Source: a virus
IMG/VR virus record: IMGVR_UViG_3300045988_168012
Length of the DNA: 15,497 bases
Strand: one strand, 5' to 3'
Of the stretch, positions 12,480 to 15,497 are shown one piece after another; the first letter of the stretch is position 1, and each line of letters starts with the position of its first letter. Made by a program: the position numbers and the translations under genes. A model generated the notes under the pieces. It worked only from the letters and a program-made list of their open reading frames with translations. It did not search any database and had not been told where the DNA came from.

Positions 12480-13854
12480 CATAGAAAAGCGTCTTGCAGC
12501 TCTCGAAGCATCAAAGAAGATCGCCGACGAGCTGAAAGAGCGGGCGGCGCAGCGGGACATAACGCAGCATATAGCCCCGGTATACGTCCCTCTCCATGAG
12601 GATATACAGGCGCAGCGGCACAGCATATACAATCTTCCGGGCGGTCGCGGTTCCGGTAAATCCTCCGTCGCCTCTCTGGAAATCGTGAACGGCATAATGA
12701 ACGACAGCACGGCGAGCGGGATTTGCTTCCGGCGTGTCGGCGCTACGCTGCGGGAAAGCGTCTTTGCACAGATCGAATGGGCGATAGATACGCTTGATGC
12801 GTCGGATTTATGGACGCTTACCACAAGCCCCATGAGAGCGACGTACAAGCCCACGGGACAGGCGATTATCTTTCGCGGTCTGGATGAGGCTACAAAGCTA
12901 AAATCAATCAGAGCGCCGGGGAAAACCTATTTCCGGTTTATCTGGTATGAAGAGGCTTGCGAGCTTCCGGGAGAAAGAACGCTGCGCAATGTTACGCAAT
13001 CGGTACAGCGCGGCGGAAAGGTGTTTACCATCTTCCGCACGTTTAACCCGCCGATAAGCCTTAACAATTGGATGAATCGGCTTGTAAACGTGCCGGATGA
13101 TCGAGCCTTGACCGTGCGCACAGACTATACAATGATGCCCCCGGAATGGCTCGGCGAGGCGTTCATAGAGGAAGCCGAACACCTGAAAGCCGTTAACCTT
13201 GACGCATACCGACATGAATACATGGGCGAGCCGATAGGCGCGGGCGGCGAGGTATTCCCCAATGTCACAGTACGGACGATCACGGATGAAGAGATCGCCG
13301 GAATGGGATACTTCTATGACGGTGTTGATTTTGGCTTTACGATAGACCCCGCTTGTTATATCCGCGTGAGCTATAACCGAAAGACGGAAGAGCTTTATTT
13401 GCTGGATGAGATATACAAGCGGCGCTTGCGAAATTCAGAGCTTGCGGAACTGATGCGGGGAAAGTATAAAGCATGGTCTAATGTTATGCCGTTTACTGAT
13501 GGCGCAATGGTGGCTTATTGCGACAGCGCAGAGCCGAAAAGCATAGTTGATCTACGCGCAAACGGCATAGATGCGAGAGAGACATACAAGCGCCCGGACG
13601 CCGTGCGATACCGTATAAATTGGCTCCAACACCGGAAGATCATCATTGACCCGGCACGCACTCCGAACGCCTATAAAGAGTTTACGGAGTACGAATACAC
13701 GACGGACAAGGACGGCAATATTACCGGAGAACTGCCCGACGCGAACAACCACGCCATAGACGCCGTAGCGTACAGCCTTACGCCGGTTATATGGAATTAC
13801 GCGGGGGAAGCCGGAATAGACAACAGGCCGACACCGGCGAGACCGCTTGAATGA
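12469..13854 (+). CDS. terL: Terminase large subunit, PBSX/Terminase_3-type (461 aa)
   Basis: Walker A LPGGRGSGKSS. Walker B FIWYEEA. Nuclease acidic residues in VDFGFTIDPA, YCDSAEPKSI and NNHAIDAVAYS. ATG at 12469 with GAGG 6 nt upstream. Confidence 0.93.
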   Translation: MRNDIEKRLAALEASKKIADELKERAAQRDITQHIAPVYVPLHEDIQAQRHSIYNLPGGRGSGKSSVASLEIVNGIMNDSTASGICFRRVGATLRESVFAQIEWAIDTLDASDLWTLTTSPMRATYKPTGQAIIFRGLDEATKLKSIRAPGKTYFRFIWYEEACELPGERTLRNVTQSVQRGGKVFTIFRTFNPPISLNNWMNRLVNVPDDRALTVRTDYTMMPPEWLGEAFIEEAEHLKAVNLDAYRHEYMGEPIGAGGEVFPNVTVRTITDEEIAGMGYFYDGVDFGFTIDPACYIRVSYNRKTEELYLLDEIYKRRLRNSELAELMRGKYKAWSNVMPFTDGAMVAYCDSAEPKSIVDLRANGIDARETYKRPDAVRYRINWLQHRKIIIDPARTPNAYKEFTEYEYTTDKDGNITGELPDANNHAIDAVAYSLTPVIWNYAGEAGIDNRPTPARPLE

Positions 13855-13869
13855 TTAGGGGGTGAAACA

Positions 13870-14115
13870 ATGTGCTATGTAACGATCAAGTGCCATAACT
13901 GCGGGGCGGCGTCAACGCTCTATGACGGTATGGCGGCAAGGTGTCCCCATTGCGGGGCAACCATCCCGGAGAAAGCCGCCGGGAAGCTCGAAAACCTTTT
14001 AGGGTGTGCGCGGGAGATCGACAAGGATTTACGCAGCGCAGCCGAACAGGGCGCAGAGCTTTTCACGGTGGAAGTCAGAAACTTTCATGTACCGGCGCAC
14101 AAATCGAAATGGTGA
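13870..14115 (+). CDS. Zinc-ribbon protein (81 aa)
   Basis: GGGGGTG RBS. CHNCG...CPHCG are two CxxC knuckles. Confidence 0.6.
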   Translation: MCYVTIKCHNCGAASTLYDGMAARCPHCGATIPEKAAGKLENLLGCAREIDKDLRSAAEQGAELFTVEVRNFHVPAHKSKW

Positions 14116-14129
14116 AAGGATATTGACCC

Positions 14130-14561
14130 ATGAGCAAGCCCCGCTTTCGCTGGTGGGGTTACATGAAATCCGCAATTAGAGCATACCCGGAGCTTTGCGA
14201 CAAGCTCCAAACGATGAAGAATCAGAGCATAACCCCGAATTACAGTTTTTCAGCCGGAGGCGGCGGAGCGTCCAGAACGGCAGAGGCGGCGGCGCTGCGC
14301 GAGCTGACGGGCATTGAAGCCGTAGAGTACGACGCGGTACGGCGAGCCATAGAGAACACCGGAAAGCTCAAAAACGGAGCGGAACGGCAAGCCCTTATTG
14401 ACATGGTTTTCTTTAAGCAAAGCCACTCATTAGAGGGCGCGGCTATGGCGCTTTTCGTATCGTACCAGACGGCCAAACGCTGGCACAATGATTTTATTCT
14501 GGAAGCCGGTAAATGCTACGGCTTGTTAGACGGTAATTTCGGAGGTATGCGCAATGAATGA
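14130..14561 (+). CDS. RinA-like / sigma-70 region-4-like late transcriptional activator (143 aa)
   Basis: The pattern W..Y.K.AIRAYPEL...L...(Gly-rich)...TAEAAALREL...AVRRAIENT..L.NG..R..LIDMVFF.QSHSLEGAAMALFVSYQTAKRWHNDFI matches my recollection of RinA-family activators (C-terminal HTH). Confidence 0.5.
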   Translation: MSKPRFRWWGYMKSAIRAYPELCDKLQTMKNQSITPNYSFSAGGGGASRTAEAAALRELTGIEAVEYDAVRRAIENTGKLKNGAERQALIDMVFFKQSHSLEGAAMALFVSYQTAKRWHNDFILEAGKCYGLLDGNFGGMRNE

Positions 14562-14991
14562 ATTTATGGAAGCCCTCTGCAAAGACGATCTTTCCAAACT
14601 CCGGTATTACGAACGGCGCATAGCCGAGATACCGGACGAGATCGCAGAGGAACAGGCACAGTTAACGTCTATTAAAAGCTCAACGACCGGCTCGACACCG
14701 GTACAGGGCGGCGGGAACAAGCGCGAGGAATGGCTTGTATCAGCTCTCGACCGGATAGACCGGCTAAAGGCAGATTTAAGCTATTTCGAGGGTAAAGTAC
14801 GGCTTACATACCGGGCGCTTGATATGCTCGACCCGGACGATAAGAGAATCCTTATTGTGTTTTATGTCGATAAGCTGAAACGCGGTGCGGATGTCCTTAT
14901 GGATGAGCTTGATATAGACGTTCGTACCGTATGGCGCAGACGTGCGGGCGCATTAGAGGTCTACTGTACCGCACGGTATGCAAGCCGATAA
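14554..14991 (+). CDS. ArpU/DUF1492-like sigma-region-4-type regulator (145 aa)
   Basis: GGAGG RBS at 14541-14545. The tail ...TYRALDMLDPDDKRILIVFYVD......LMDELDIDVRTVWRRRAGALEVY has a region-4-like HTH with a preceding coiled coil, as in phage ArpU-family late regulators. Confidence 0.5.
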   Translation: MNEFMEALCKDDLSKLRYYERRIAEIPDEIAEEQAQLTSIKSSTTGSTPVQGGGNKREEWLVSALDRIDRLKADLSYFEGKVRLTYRALDMLDPDDKRILIVFYVDKLKRGADVLMDELDIDVRTVWRRRAGALEVYCTARYASR

Positions 14992-15014
14992 AGCAGAATG
15001 GAGAGTGAAAAAAC

Positions 15015-15119
15015 ATGGTTACATTTCCGGCATTTTGGGGCGGCGTTATCGCAACGCTCGCTTGTGAATTTGCGGTGCTGCTTGCGTACTCTATCGTGTA
15101 TGCATTCCGGCACAAATAA
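15015..15119 (+). CDS. 34-aa hydrophobic membrane peptide directly upstream of the tape measure gene; not in the ORF track
   Basis: MVTFPAFWGGVIATLACEFAVLLAYSIVYAFRHK has a single TM helix. GGAGAG lies about 10 nt upstream. Confidence 0.4.
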   Translation: MVTFPAFWGGVIATLACEFAVLLAYSIVYAFRHK

Positions 15120-15149
15120 GCCCTTACGGGTGAAAGGTGGTGAAACAGA

Positions 15150-15497
15150 TTGAAAGATATTCGGTTTAAGGTCGGCATAGACGATAGCAAGGCGGCGCGG
15201 GAGCTTGCCGCGCTGAATCGCGCTATTGATAATCTGAAAAGCAAGATCAACGATGCGGCGCAAGCGAAAATAAACCTTGCCCCGCAGCTCGACGAGGCAA
15301 AGCAGAAAGCCGAAGAGACGGCGGCGAGCGTGGCAAAGCTGAAAGAACAGCTTGCAGCGAGCGAGGCAAAGACCAACAGACAGGGGAAAATACGCGCCGT
15401 TGATTTTGTAGAACAGGAAAATATTAAAAAGCAGCTTGCCGAACAAGAGGCGATTTTGGAGCAGCAGAAGAACACCGTTTCAGAGCTTCAAAAAAAC
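15150..15497 (+). CDS. Tail tape measure protein, N-terminal part (TTG start); continues into 100-2217 through the terminal overlap
   Basis: In-frame stop TGA at 15141-15143. The only start is TTG at 15150, with GGTGGTG 7 nt upstream. Translation MKDIRFKVGIDDSKAARELAALNRAIDNLKSKINDAAQAKINLAPQLDEAKQKAEE... is coiled coil. The frame is continuous with frame 1 at base 1. Confidence 0.8.
   Translation, partial: MKDIRFKVGIDDSKAARELAALNRAIDNLKSKINDAAQAKINLAPQLDEAKQKAEETAASVAKLKEQLAASEAKTNRQGKIRAVDFVEQENIKKQLAEQEAILEQQKNTVSELQKN
15399..15497. repeat. Terminal overlap, identical to 1-99
   Basis: See feature 1-99. Confidence 0.97.

Noticed and set aside
14897-15475. 192-aa and 161-aa minus-strand ORFs at the right end
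   Set aside because: They are antisense to the ArpU-like gene, the membrane peptide and the coiled-coil N-terminus of the tape measure protein. Their low-complexity S/A/C/F-rich translation comes from the reverse complement of K/E/A-rich coding sequence.

Overview
Bases 1-99 are identical to 15399-15497, so the window is one complete circular or concatemeric element of 15,398 unique bp. One gene, the tail tape measure gene, runs across the junction. GGAGG-type ribosome binding sites, about 52% GC, ATGA-coupled genes and a Tn916/phage-like integrase suggest a Firmicutes (Clostridia-like) host; this is inference. Almost everything is on the + strand. Circular order: Zn-ribbon (KTR-like) protein, tyrosine integrase, excisionase-like HTH, a small basic ORF, a DUF6291-like protein, a repeat-rich intergenic region, five overlapping small unknown genes, terS, terL (PBSX-type), a Zn-ribbon protein, two sigma-region-4-like late activators (RinA-like and ArpU-like), a 34-aa membrane peptide, an ~821-aa tape measure protein, a 141-aa unknown and a terminator. 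Next comes a minus-strand accessory block: two tandem promoter-plus-terminator units (candidate sRNAs) and a toxin-first RelE/ParE pair. After that: 10-bp-phased repeat arrays, a minor-capsid/connector-like gene, a minus-strand lipoprotein moron, an RHH protein, a Rha-family regulator, unknowns, an XRE regulator with two paralogous micro-ORFs, and a repeat-dense promoter region upstream of the integrase. I could not recognise a major capsid, portal, protease, tail tube, baseplate, lysis or replication gene. The most interesting reading is an integrative, phage-satellite-like mini-element of PICI-like size. It has its own terminase, a tape measure protein and late-gene activators, but apparently cannot build a virion alone. 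All family calls rest on motifs I read by eye, not on searches.
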